A stretch of 64,000 bases of DNA, taken from Isurus oxyrinchus (lineage: Eukaryota). The notes under the pieces were generated by a model. That model was not told the DNA's origin and did no database searches. It was given only the letters and a program-made list of their open reading frames with translations. Where the stretch lies: assembly GCA_026770705.1 (NCBI GenBank), contig JANJGN010000035.1, forward strand, positions 8,308,001 to 8,372,000. Reading direction: 5' to 3'. Made by a program: the position numbers and the translations under genes. This document shows positions 51,110 to 64,000 of the stretch, piece after piece. Each line of letters begins with the position of its first letter. Position 1 is the stretch's first letter.

Positions 51110-54100
51110 TGAAAAAATCAAAGGGTGATGTTACAGGAACAGCGTAATTTATTGGTTGACAAGCAGCTGCAAGTTGGACTACCTATTCTAAATTGATTTC
51201 CGGTTAACTGTGCGACCCAGGATCTGAGTCTTAACACTTCAGTTTCAACTCAGCAGGCAGAGCGAGTTCCAGTTGCTTTTAAGGAGTGCACGTTGGATCT
51301 CTATTCTAACTTGCTTACTGGTAAATGATAAATAGAATGAATATTTTACAGATTGATAAATTAAATACTGGGAGGATGTATTAAAGCATTCGGAAAATTA
51401 GAATTAAATATAACAGAGATGCAGAGCCAGGTGATATGTTGTAACCCCATGATATGGGAGCTGGTGGACGCCATTGTGAATGCTAGTGACCACAAATGTA
51501 GCAAAAGTTGCTTCTTTGACGACGTCCGAATCAAGTTTGATGAGTTGGAGTATGAGCTTCGGACACTGCGACACATTATGCAGGGGGGGAGATAGCCAGA
51601 TGCTGTTTTTCAGGAGACAGTCACACCCCTTGAAATAACTGCAGTAAATTCGGCCAGTTGTCAGGGCCAGGAGGATGTGGCTATGAGTGATGCAGTTAGA
51701 CGGATCCAATGAGTCCCACTGCCGGGGACTCAGCTCTTGCCCTCATCCAACAGGTTCGAGATTATTGCTCCCTCTTTGTACGGAAGCATTTAATCTTGGT
51801 AGGATGAGAAAAATGGCCATAACGCCTTTGTGCAGGGAGCCACTCAAGTTGGGGGAGAAAAGATAAATGCAGTCGTAGTCGGGGATAGTAAAATTAGGGT
51901 AATAGCAACTCTTCTATGCAGCCGGTATCAACGGTCCTGAAAATTGTGTTGACTAAGTGTTGCCTGAGTGAAGGATAACCCTTCTGGACTGGAGATGAAT
52001 TTTAAATGGTAGGGAAAAGATTCAGTTGTCATGGTCGACGTAGGTACCAATGATATACGTAGGGTGAGGAAATAAGTTCTGCTGAAGAAATGCGAGCAGC
52101 TCAGGGTAACATTAAAAAGCAGAAGCAAAATGGTAATTATATCCGGATTACTAACTGAGCCAAGGGCTAATTAACAGAGGGTCAATAGGGTGATAGAGAT
52201 AAATGCGTAGTTGAAAGTTATTTGTTGAATAAATGTGTTCCAATTAATGGGGCATTGGCACTATGACTGGGGAAAGGGAGAGCTTTCCGTTCTGACAGTC
52301 TCTACTTGAATCATGCTGGGTGCAGTATATTAGCGAATCACACAATTGGCATAGTAGACAGCGCTTTATGCTCTATAGCAGGTGTGGTGGTGGGTGGGGG
52401 GTATGACCATTTTTTTTAAGGAAATGTAAAAAGATCAATGTTAAGAGGAGACTAGGAGTGCATCTTAGTGACAACGCTGATTGTTACCAAAAAGTGAAAG
52501 GAAGAGACAGAGTGTTTGAACACCATTTTGCAGCAGAGATTCATTAAAGAGTAAGTAAAATTGACATGGATAAAATTAAATACTTTGCAACTGAGTGTGC
52601 CTAGCATTCGGAATAAAACAAATGAGTTAAGAGCACAAATAGCAATAAATAGGAATGCTTTGGTAATGATTACCGAAACGTGGTTACAGGGAGAACAGGT
52701 TTTGGATTTGAATATCCATGGGGATTCAGTGTTTCAGAAGGTTAGGCTGGAAGAAAAAGGATGCGTTGTTGCATTGTTAGTAAAGGAAGGGATCAGTGCT
52801 GAAGTGAGGAATGATATTGGCACTGGAGAAGAGAGCAAGACATAGAGTCAGGCAGAGTAGAAATAAGAAATATCAAAGGATGGTGCCCCTGGTGAGAGAA
52901 ATCCAAAGGTCCACAAAACGCAGATTGACGCTCCAGCACACTGTACACCAGGAAATACTGGGAGCATGTAAGAAAGCAAAGACAATAATCATATTTGAAT
53001 TCAAAAGCTTAATAGACTTGAGTAATCAGATGGCAAAGGAGTTCAGAGGATGTAGAGGAGATTGTTTCTTGCAGCAAAACTTATTGGAACCAAGTATGGA
53101 GCAGTCTATTCTCTATTTGGTTTTGTGTAATGAGTGGGGTTTAATTAATTCTCTCATATAAAATATCCTTTACGGACGAGTGTTCATTGCATGCCAAAAT
53201 TTGAAGTGCAGTTTGAAAGCGAGTAATTTGAGTCCCACACCAGTTTCGTCAAGTTAAACAAAGGCAACTACATAGGCATGAGGACAGGTAAGTTCCTAGT
53301 GGACCTGACAGAGAGCCTACAATGTTCAACAGTTGATGAACACTGGCAGATATTGAAGGAGATATTCAATTCCTCCCAAGTAAATTAAATTCAAAAAATG
53401 AAGACAGAAACTATGATAGGCAATAAGCTTTCATGGCTAAGCAAGAAATTTAAACATAGCAAAAACGCAAAACCTAAGCATACCAAATTACAAAGGCCAG
53501 TGGAAGGCTGGAAGTTTGGGAAAAATTTGAAGATCGGCAAAGTGTTACTAAAATATCTAAGAAAAGTAGCAAATGAAAAATATGAAAGAAAACTAGTGCA
53601 AAATAAAAAAAAGTGATAGGAAAAGCTTCTAGAAATATATAAAAGCAAATAGATTACCTAAAGTGAATGTTTTTCCACTGGGAGATGATACAAGAGAGTA
53701 ACAGTGGCGGACACAGAAATGGAAGGGGCGCTTAATCAAAACTTTGCCTCCAGTTTCACGCTGGAGGATATTAGTGCCACCACAATAATAACAGGTAATG
53801 CAGTTCGTACAGAGAAGGAGGAACTTGGAACTTTCAACATGACTAGAGAAATATTACTGAGCAATGTAATGGGATAAAAGTGTGAATAGTCGCCAGGAAC
53901 TCATTTACTACACCTGAGGGTCTTAAAGGAAGTGGCAGAGGAGATAATGTAGCATGAACTATAAGATTCCAAAATTCACTGGAATCTAGAACGTTTGCAG
54001 TGCATTTGAAAAATTACTATTATAACGCCTTGATTGAAAAACATTGGGGTTGGGGTGGTGATAGAAGCATGGAGTGGTTAGGGGCTGGGTCCGAGGTGGG

Positions 54101-55442
54101 GCTAGGTTGGGGAATTAAGGCAGAAAGTATGGAAGTATAGACCAGTTATTTTAACGTTTTTCATTGCGAAATTGTTTATTGCATTACTAAGAATGTAATC
54201 ATTGCACAGTTGGAAAGTCAAATGCAATCCATCGGAGCCAGCATGCTTTAATGAAGATTAACTCATGTTTAATGTTTGACTAACTAGTTCCAGTTCTTTG
54301 AAGGTGTGGCCGCCAAAGTGGAGAATGTGGTTCTTGTGTATATAGTATATCTAGACTTCCATAAGGCCATTGATAAGCTGACATGCAATAGGTTAATACA
54401 CAAGATCAGATCAATCGGAGTTAACGTAATATTTTAGCTTGGATAGAGGAATGGTTTGATAGCAGAAAACTGAGAGCCGTTTCAAGTGGGCCTCCTTATG
54501 GATGGTAAGGTTTAACTAGTGGGATGGCAAAGCGGTAGTTCCTTGTTCCAGAAGTAGTTCCAAACTATATTAATGACGTGGATTCGGGGATATAAGGCAC
54601 TACAGATAAATTTCCAGATTATGCCAACATTGGTGGTAAAGTAAGTTGAAATGAAGAAAAAAGAAATATTCAAATGTGTATGGACAGTTTTGGTCAAATG
54701 GGCAACATTTTCAGGTGAAGTTTAAAGTTGATAAGTGTGAGGTTATCCTTATTGGCCAGAACAATAATCAGATGGGTTATGTAAATTGAGATTAACATCA
54801 GAATGGTTAAGTGCAGAGGGATCTGTGTGTTCTTTTGCATGAATCGCTGACAGCTACTATGCAGGTGCAGCAGTTAACAAGTAAGGCAAATTAAAAATTG
54901 CCCTTTATTGCAAATGGAATAGATTGCAAAAATAACGAAGTGTTGTTGCAACTTTACAGGACACTGGTGAGGCTGCACCTCGAGTACTCTGCACAGTATT
55001 GTTCCCCTGTCTCAAGGAAGGAAGTATTTGCATTGGAGCCGGGTCCGGGGAGGTACACTAGACTGATTCCAGAGAAGCAGGGCTTGGCTTATGAGGAGAG
55101 GTAGAGCAGTTTTGGCTGGTACTAGCTGTAGTTAAGAAGGATCACAGGAGGTCAAATTGAGGTATACAAGATGCTAAAGGGTATAGGGAAAATGGACGTG
55201 GAAGAGATTTTTCTCCTTGTGTGAGATTCTAGAAAAAGATGCCATATTTTTGCGGGGACGCTGCACAAATTTAAAGTGGAGATAGGCAGATTTTAAGTAG
55301 TGGCGGGTTGAAAGTTTAGTGGCAGAGGTCGGAAAATTGGAGTTGAGACAGAAATGAGATCAGCCATGTTTGTACTGAATTGCGCAACATGCTGGAAGTG
55401 CTGAATTGCCTGCTACTGCTCATCGTTCTTATGTTCTCATGT
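51110..55442 (+). mobile_element. Full-length (~4.3 kb) decayed CR1 LINE with GCTTCT target-site duplication
   Basis: ORF1: C..IWELVD..HKCSK..DELEYELRTL..VTP, then esterase VVVGDS and VDVGTNDI. ORF2: SIRNKTNEL..ITETWLQG, VYLDFHKAIDK, LYRTLVRLHLEY. 3' tail GTTCTTATGTTCTCATGT. GCTTCT occurs at 51104-51109 and 55443-55448. Confidence 0.9.
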
Positions 55443-57545
55443 GCTTCTAACCACATTGTCTCCCAACGCCAGATTGTGCGCTGCTATTTCGTTCGCAAAT
55501 CTGCAAACAAAGCAGCCCAATAGACACATTATGCCAACATGTCTCTGCCCAAGAGAGCTTAGTTATTCCTATTTTGGGTACATTATCCCCCCACTTACAA
55601 CATGTCTCCCTAACAAATTTCTCAATTGCGCTGCTGCCCTGTGACCTTTCGACGGTTTCCAGTTTCAAGACCCTAAATGGCTTCTGTTTGCTATAGTCTT
55701 CCCATCCGTCTAAACCCTCATGTCTCAGCATTTTGGTCTGAGGTCTCACCACTTATTATTTGAACAGAAGCCTCAATAATCCCCAACCACCACCGTCTGA
55801 CTGAACATGTTCTCTCACAGAACAATGTCTCCATTAACTTGTCTCATTCCACGAAATAAAAGGTGGAGCTTTGGGTGCCTTCATGGAACCCTCTTATCCA
55901 TTTCTTTATATCTGGTAAGTGGAAAATACATTGATCTGGTTCTACCCATGCCCCAGAACACCTTCTTCAGTACATCGATGGCTTTATCAGTTTCATGCTC
56001 TCGTCTGGACAGGGAATCACTTGTAGATTTTGCTTTTAATTTCCCCAGCGCACCCCCCCCCCCCCCACCCCATACCCCCAATCAACGCACACTACCCGCA
56101 TCCCGGGCCCTCACCGCAATCATATTGTCCATCTCCGACACTAAACTCTTTGCCTCATATTATGTTCATTGGCTGTCTACGAATAATCACGACAAATTCA
56201 ACATCTCCTCCAATTGCCTCAACTGCATCTCCCCACAAGTTGCTACCCATAAGGACTCTATCCGATTTTTTTCAATTTCTCTGTCTCCGTCGTATCTGTT
56301 CCAAATATGCCAATTTCCAATCTGCTGCTTCTGACACGTCTTCCTTCATCCATAACAGTTGCTTCCCCAACCTATTGTCGACGGGGCCTTTAAGCATTTC
56401 TGAACCATCTGCCATGCCTCTGCCATCACCCCTTCTTTCTGTCCAGAAGCATGATAGGATTAACTTTGCCCTCACTTTTCATGCCACCAGCCACCAATTT
56501 CGATGGGTCTGTCCCAACAATTTGCTACAACTCCATAACGATGACATGACCAAACTCATCCTCCCCTTACACCGATCCGAGCACCGTGCCAGTATTCGGA
56601 AAGGATGGCTCCCTCCTTGGCAGCCTTGTGCATTGTCCCATCAACATCAACTACGAATCCCTATGGCATATAACCATACAATCACAGAAGTTGCATCCCT
56701 TCTGCCAGTAACTCCTTCCTCCTCAAGGACCAAGGCCCCGAACACTACTTTCCCGTGGAGCAGTGAATCACTTGCACCGGCCTCAGTTTGGTATTCTCTA
56801 TGTGATGATCAGAATTTTGCTTCCCTTTCATTTGTGTGCCTAAATACAGATTTGCTTAATGTCTCCCGGAACAGAATCATTCAGTCTACCAGAATGACCT
56901 ATGCCTTCCTGTCAATTGCGTTTTCAGCACAAATCTTTCTCTTGTGCAAACGTGCCCACCCGTGGTGTGCTGCAATGTTCTAATAATATCCACAGTAAAT
57001 TAGAGGAACAGTACCTCAGCTTCCGACTAGGCAGGTTAAAGATTTTAGCATTTAACATCGAGTTCATCAACTTCAAAAGTGAACTATTTTTCTTTTCCCA
57101 GCCCCTTTTAATTAAATTTAAATATGGTTTAAAATTAGTTGTAGTTATTTATTTATTTATAAGTTCATTTTTCCCTCTTTTCCTCAACAACCGCCCCTTC
57201 TCAACACATAATAATGCTGACCCTTGTTCTGTCATTTGCACATTATGCTTTTTAATAATTATGTCACCAGCAGGAGTTCTTCCATCTTCCCCACTGTCAT
57301 TGACACTCCTTTTGCCTTGTGTCCATGATCTCATTGTCAATATCTACTTCCCCCCTATCCTAGAACATCTATGTTGCTCTACAAGTTCTGCTGCTGTTAT
57401 GCTGTTTGAATTCCATCAAATTTCTGCCTCTGAAGAGGAGTCGCGCCAGCTCGAAAGTTTAGCTGTGTTTCTCTCTCGGTATATATTACCCGACCTGCTT
57501 GGTTTTCCGGTATTTTCTGTTTTTATCTCAGATTGCCAGCATGCA
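55443..57545 (+). mobile_element. Penelope-like element, RT/GIY-YIG/3' part (continuation of 50100-51109)
   Basis: Resumes NHIVSQ..; RHIMPTCLCPRELSYSY (decayed RPIVS.C.CPTE); KLEEQYLSFRLG..NIEF; terminal motif at 57430-57545. Confidence 0.85.
57426..57465 (+). ncRNA. Minimal hammerhead ribozyme remnant in the PLE terminus
   Basis: CTGAAGA (57430-57436), stem II GAG...CTC, GAAA (57453-57456). The stem III/cleavage region is altered (GAAAGTTTA). Confidence 0.6.
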
Positions 57546-58179
57546 TCGAGGAATCCAAATATTGAGCAATGAGCACCAAATAACGAAATGATTGAATTAC
57601 AAGCAAATTATTCTCCGACAAGGGCAGAATCTTTTTAGATATGGAGTGGGGAAGTGGATAAGTAATACGTTAGGTATTGCCTCATCCGTTCCATTGTTGG
57701 TTTATTTCTCAACAGCACATCGCAACAAGATGTTTGAAAATAGTTGTGATTCAACACGATTTCCTAGAAAGTGCCTAAACAAATCATTCACGAAATGATT
57801 CTATGCTGATCTTCCTTATGCAATTATCGTTATATTTTTGATGCCTCGACTAACTTCCAAATGTTCTGTCCTTCTGTAGAGAATTGATAGTGTCTCAACA
57901 GAAAAAAAAACAGACGTATGAAACAATCAATTCAGTAAGGATTCGATTTTTATATCCATTATCTAGATCGGCAGCATTCGTTTCAAAAATAAAGGGGTAA
58001 CTTGTTTTATTCCTAATTAGTTAGACGTCAAAGGTTATGAAGGTATTAACATGAAAACCTAATTTTCCTTGAGAAACTGCTCGGGTTAACGGTACAGCGG
58101 TATTGCTCCAGGGTCAGGTCATGGTTTGTGGTGCAATGGGATGGATTTCTTGTTTTTGCGACAGCAGTAGTGTAAGAGC

Positions 58180-58825
58180 AACAGATTTTCCACGTCAAGG
58201 TGGTATTTGGGTACGCAGGGGAAATTTCCGGTGATGGTGTCACTTCTTGCGAACGCCCTTGTCATTCTCGAAAGGGACAAACCTCATGTTTGGAAGATGT
58301 TGTCAAATGCACTTTGGGGATGCACTGTAACATATTGTAGAATGTACAAACTGTATCCACTCTGCACAGTGTTTTTCGGTGCATGTTTGTTGTTTCGGCA
58401 CCAATTGGGACATAAACCGTTAGCTGGATAGATTTTAGCGCTGGTCTTTTTGTTGTTGCAATCGTCCAAGGGAAATTGAGCGTTTAGCATTACACAATTT
58501 CACCCTGCCTTGGAAATGGTGGACAGGATATGGAAACCAGGAGGTTTTTCACTCACCAGACATTTCCCAGCATATACAGTCATTTTTAGCGAAAGAAAAC
58601 TTCAATTGCTTGTCCGGTTAACCTTCTGGCTAATGGTGACCAATATTGCATTTATCTTGTAGTGCTATGCGATTTCAGTACATTTTTTACTTTAGGCAGA
58701 AGCTTCATCTTGTAATGATCATTCACCGGCACCTGTGTGGCAAGCTTTTCCTCAAGGGAATGTAGAGATGGACAATAAATGTTGGCCTTCCCAGCGATGC
58801 CAACATCCCACGAATCTATTAAAAA
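58180..58825. mobile_element. LINE family A remnants: minus-strand fragment plus a plus-strand 3' tail at ~58745-58825
   Basis: Tail GATGGACAATAAATGTTGGCC..CCAGCGATGCCAACATCCCA; the preceding sequence resembles 33660-34180. Confidence 0.65.
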
Positions 58826-59529
58826 GTATCCCTTATCATTACAACCCTGCATTTGGCCAGTGATTGCTGTATACAGCTGCAATCACCAGTCAAATTCCAA
58901 CCTTTGGCCTGATTATGGGATAGGTTTGATTGATGAAGCAGATATAATTGATTTTCAATAATGCACTACTTTCAGTAATTCTATTGGCGATGCCCCTGCG
59001 CTGAAATGATTAACCTCCAAGAACGACAGGCAGCTTAATGTGTGCAGAGTATTAAGCCAATTCAGAGTGAGACTTTGCATCACGTAGCTCACTAACATCA
59101 GGTTTGTTTCGAGACATCAATATTAGGTTCGATCAAATGTTTTTTTTCATATCAAGAGCAGACATTGTCAGCTCAACTCCTTAATTATAATCCGGTTCCA
59201 GTATCTGAGTAAAGACGGTAATGAGGTCTGGAGCAGATTAACCATGGACAAGCTCTAAGCATCGCTATCGGTGTTATTGATGAATGCGTGTCGTTTCAAA
59301 GCACTGTCGATGACATTTCACTTCATTAGCTGATGACAGAGAGTGGACATTTGTGTGATATTTGGTTGCATTAGATTTGTCAGTTTTTGTTTTGCCCTGC
59401 TGGGCAGGATATACCTTGAAGTCTTTACACCAGGTCAATAAATGCACATTTTGATCGCGCTGAATAACTACAGGAGCAATTAGTACAAGAGCATCAGTCT
59501 TAAGTGCTCCTGCCGTGATGTTGTGAGGG

Positions 59530-60265
59530 GCAAAAACAGAATTACCTGGAAAAACACAGCAAGTATGGCGTGATCGCTGGAGAAGAAAAGAGTTGACGTT
59601 TCGAGCCCTCATGACTCTTCAACAGTTCTGACTATTCTTTACAAGGAGAGGGGTGAAATATAAACTGGTTTAAGGTGGGGAGGGGGGAGAAGTGCAGGGG
59701 GGTTTGTTGTAGGGACAAGCAAGCAGTGATAGGAGTAGATCATCAGAAGATTTCACAGACAAAGGAACAAAAGAACACAGAGGTGTTGAAGTTGGTGATA
59801 TTATTTAAACTAATGTGCTAATAAAAAAATGGATGGTAGGGCACTACAGGTATAGCTCTAGTGGGGGAGGGGGTGCATAAAATGTTTAGAAATAATGCAA
59901 ATAGGTGGGAAAATAAAAATCTATATACATTATTGAAAAAAAAAACAAAAGACAAGAGGGAAGAAACAGAAAGGGGGTGGGGATGGAGGAGGGAGCTGAA
60001 GACCTAAAGCTGTTGAATTCAATATTCACTCCGGAAGGCTGTAGGGTGCCTAGTCAGAAGATGAGGTGTTGTTCCTCCATTTTGCGCTGGGCTTCACTGG
60101 AACAATGCAGCAGGCCAAGGACAGGCATGTGGGCAAGAGAGCAGGGTGGAGTGTTAAAATGGCAAGTGACAGGGAGGTTTGGGTCATTCTTGCAGACAGA
60201 CTGCAGGTGTTTTGCAAAGCGGTTGCACAGTTTACGTTTGGTCTCTCCTTTGTAGAAGAGACCGT
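59530..60265 (-). mobile_element. Penelope-like element 3' fragment (GIY-YIG C-terminus and terminus)
   Basis: 60000-60260 is homologous to 29500-29760; terminal motif at 59535-59630. Confidence 0.9.
59590..59632 (-). ncRNA. Minimal type I hammerhead ribozyme-like motif in the PLE terminus
   Basis: Minus strand reads CTGTTGA-AGAGTCATGAGGGCTC-GAAAC-GTC-AACT: CUGANGA box with one change, stem II, GAAAC and a GUC triplet. Confidence 0.65.
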
Positions 60266-63200
60266 TGTGAGGGACAGACCTTTAAGTAATGTTCTAAGTA
60301 TACATTTTGACACAAAGAGGTGTGGTGGAAGATTGAAATATGCCAGAGACTTCAGGAGGATGTGGCAACACATCCGCATTTCTAACTGAAAATGTTTGCA
60401 CATACTTTCAAACTTTATTTGGCATTGGGTTATTCTGTCACCCGTTTTTCAGAATGGACTTGCTTCTGGACCCTCTTTCATTGATTACAGTTTAATTCTG
60501 CACTACCATCAATGATTGAATGTGACAGCATTTCAAGGTCTTCATTGATCCAGTGGATGTGCTATCATTTTGTTCTTTGAATAGAATGCCATTTCCACTG
60601 TTTAACATACATGCATTTCAGTGTTGCAGCTTCAGTTTTTGCAACATCAAAGTTCCTTATGCCTAATGGCAGATTGAATCATATAATATTGCTGTTGTGT
60701 AATCAATGTTTTTCTACCGCTGATGATTGCGCACAACGCCTCATCAATGTTTGGTATCGAGATTCTAAATATTATCACTCTATTACGTTTGGCACATTGT
60801 CACTTCCAAAACAGGATGCAGCATGTCCACAGTGCATGGGCGGGCCTTTGTTTCCACCAGGAGGTTTATTCCTCCTACACTGAATTTCATGGGGAAAAAG
60901 CATTTACTTACTTTTTGCTTGATTTAATAAAAAAAATATGGAATTAAATTTCACACCTGCTGCACTCTCATCAATTCATTTGAGCCAATTTTAGCACAAT
61001 TGTCTTTCCTGCTCGGCATCACAGTACAATATTGTGCTATTGAGATTCTCTTCACATTGAATTTCCCTGCCAATTTACATTCGGATCTGCGGTTCCCATG
61101 AGTGCTTCTTCCAAGTGATGTTCAATTCAGAAAACCAGTTATTATTTAGGCGAAGAAAGTTACAAAGTGCTTTTAATCAAAAACTAAAGCAAAATGCTTT
61201 TGCAGAATGTCGGAACAGGCACGACTGGTTCAATAGCTTCCATCTAAGCTGTGAGTAGTATATTACTCTCTGGAATCCTTGTCAGTATTTGCTTGAATGC
61301 CGGAAAACAATATCGGTGAAAGAAAGTCTTGATCCCTTACATGTACATATCACAGTGCCTCCAAGTCTACTGGGCCTGTCAGAACCGTGAGTAGAACATA
61401 TCCAGAAATGTTCAATGGTCTTTGAAATGTTATTTCTTTTCAGTAAGAATGATTATCGGCCTGGCATTTATTAATTGCTTTGGACATCTCAATTAGCACT
61501 ATTCTGGCATAAGTCCCCAACTGTTAGTTCATGGTCATCAGCGTGGTCATCAACGTGTTGAGTTTCCTTACTGGTGCTTGCTTCCTGCTGCGTGCCAATT
61601 GGGTTTTCACTTTTGTGCCACTGATTTGATTTCTGGATTACTTATGAGAGCAATTAACATTCAAACACGTTGCTTTGAATTTGCAATCAAATTTTTATCA
61701 AGCGTGCCGCGGAGATCAGTGTTAATTCACGTAAGGACATTCAATCCCAGATGATTAATTTATTTAATTTAATTTATTACTACTAGTTTTTTTTGCCGAC
61801 AACTGATCACAGGTGTATTTGTGTGTTCGAACTCATAATGTGCAAACAATATATCAGACGTCTTAATATAGACGGATGTGGCATTACCGTTACACTGCTG
61901 TTGTCATTAGCTTGGTTATGATATTTCATACACAAGACAATATTAAGTTTCCTATAAAATATCAACATATTTGAATAGCAAACAAATAGTTATGTGTTGG
62001 CAAAACGCTTCATTGTGTGCTGTTATTTTAGCATTTAACTCACCCAATTTCTTTCAGGTTACGACAACTCTGCATTAGACGTTGCAAGGCGGGGGTAGCT
62101 TTTTCAGCTAGTCGGTTGGCTTGGTAGCCATTCCGTTTGTCGTTACTCAGATCCAATTCCGTTTTCACTGAGAGAGGAAACTAGCATTTCCGCACAATAA
62201 TCTGTAAATTTGAAAGATTTCAACCTGCAGTAATGAGAAAATAAACGTAAATCATATTACCGTTACTACATAAAATAAATAGGAGCAGTTCCAAAATTCC
62301 AAAATGTTAAGGAGCGATGCAGTGCAGCATATTTTGTTTTACACACTTCCAACGAGTCTAAATTACACCCATCGTAATGAATATCCAAAAGAGAACCGCA
62401 TGCTCATCTTTAGTTTGTTTGTTGATATTCTCATGAATAGTGAATTGCTTAATTTTGTTCCTCGATAATTCTAACACAGTTACTCACTCCAATCTTTGTT
62501 TTATGCAAACCGTTTTCTTCAGAGCTGAGGAAATTCATTTCAAAACCAAATATTCCAATTTATTATAATTGAATTTTAAAAAAAAATCGAAATCAATAAT
62601 TAACAAGGTGAATTTCATTAAACAGATAGCATTAAAAAACAATTTTTAATGTGCAGCAGTTTAGCAAATAAGTCGTGAACAACAGACATTTCATTCAATT
62701 TTAAAAAAGTTATTTATATTTAGTGTCTTAGATGCAGAATCACGAGTGACTGTTGCTTGAATACTAGCACCGCAGTAGATCGAATGTCCCTGTTCAATAT
62801 GCAGCAAACATTATGAAATGATCACATGCACTTTGAATACGGACAGAATGTGTGATGGCCAATCATTATTTCTTTCTTTCCTAGCCTTCAACATTAATTG
62901 AAAACGCCAGTATCATTTGGAAGCACGTTGTGTTGTGACTTTGGGTTTGCAGGCTGTTTTAAATTATTTTTTCATGTGATCTGACGGTCTGTTGCACAAT
63001 GAATATTTGTTGTCAATACGTCTCCCTAATTTACAATGAATAGTTGGTAAAGAGGCAGTCCGCTGAAAAATTGTAATCCAAAACTGTTATGGAAATGGGG
63101 CGTCCAGGATTTTGCCAAGCAGTAGTGAAGCGACTTCATTTTGTTCTAAGCTCGGAAGCTGATTGGCTTAGAGGAGAACTTGCAGTTTATGTTTCCCTAG

Positions 63201-63574
63201 GGGACTGCTCTTTTGCACGTCTTAATGGAAGAGGTCATCTCTCTGGGCGGTGGTTTTGAAAGATGGATAGCGAGATGTGGCAATGCAAATTTCGACTGGA
63301 ACACAGTTACCTGCTCTGCCTAAGCCGTGCGCGGAAAGAATGTTCCTCATAAAGTTTCAAAATTTTCCTTTTTTATCGTAATGCAGGCTTTGAAAAGTCA
63401 CAACTTGAGTCACACTCCACAACCCTGCCAGCATGTGACGTGTTATTTTATCCCTAACTTTTATATGGCTCACCAAATTAAGTTTGTGGTAAATTGTGCT
63501 ATCAGGTGATGAAGAAATGGAATTCATTGATGGAAAACCGTTCAACATTAAAATAAATACGTAAATAAGTACAT

Positions 63575-64000
63575 TAAATCATCCTCTGCTTAGAGGAAAT
63601 TATTGTTTGTAATTTCACTAACGGGCATGTTACTTGCCACGTATGAGTCCAAGCTTGAATGCTCTCCAGGCGTAGCTTCACATGCATAGCTGTTGGCTCA
63701 TTATCTAAGAAGCAGCGAATGTACTGAACACTGCACCACCATGAAACGACAAGCAGGATTCCACCTCTTGCCGTAGGAATGCAGTGAAAGGGAATGCTGC
63801 AGCGAACCTCTGGCGCTGGCATAAATGGTCTGTAAAATCCACAATTTTGTGTTACGTATACACCCAATGTTTGAAATATTTCCCATTGGTTGCCATGGTC
63901 TTTAGAGAGATTTGTTTTTAACTTGTTTATGCAAGCAGCGGAATGATGCCAAAATGCACTATATTTGGTAATGGGATAACAACATCTGAACTGAACCATG
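63575..64000 (-). mobile_element. LINE family A RT fragment (runs to the window edge)
   Basis: ORF 63574- ends LESIQAWTHTWQVT..TIISSKQ, homologous to 5840-5940. Confidence 0.75.

Noticed and set aside
56030-56983. 317-aa ORF, the longest in the window
   Set aside because: It lies wholly in a decayed Penelope element and drifts between true and shifted frames; stop-poor C/T-rich composition explains its length.

Overview
Repeat-saturated vertebrate genomic DNA. The LINE and Penelope families and the NLR wording point to a cartilaginous fish (shark or ray), which is an inference. I find no intact protein-coding gene, rRNA, tRNA or CRISPR array. Most of the window is decayed retroelements: a Gmr1-type Gypsy LTR element with integrase upstream of RT (~1.0-4.8 kb) plus a second gag piece, many copies of two CR1/L2-clade LINE families (one full length at 51.1-55.4 kb with a 6-bp target-site duplication), and several Penelope-like elements (PLEs) carrying hammerhead ribozyme remnants. 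Between the repeats lie dead host genes. One is a clear NACHT/NLR pseudogene exon (+, 8.2-10.0 kb). Another is a less certain multi-exon, signal-peptide-bearing mesothelin/otoancorin-like repeat pseudogene (-, ~12.1-18.3 kb). There may be further decayed + strand exons at 42.7 and 47.8 kb. Structural oddities include a ~4 kb head-to-head PLE palindrome, a ~110-bp PLE-end hairpin, and a recent ~420-bp local duplication that replaces the RT core of a CR1. A 174-N assembly gap lies at 25212-25385. All family calls come from motif recognition by eye and TE boundaries are approximate. I cannot support a new functional system here, only candidates worth checking.
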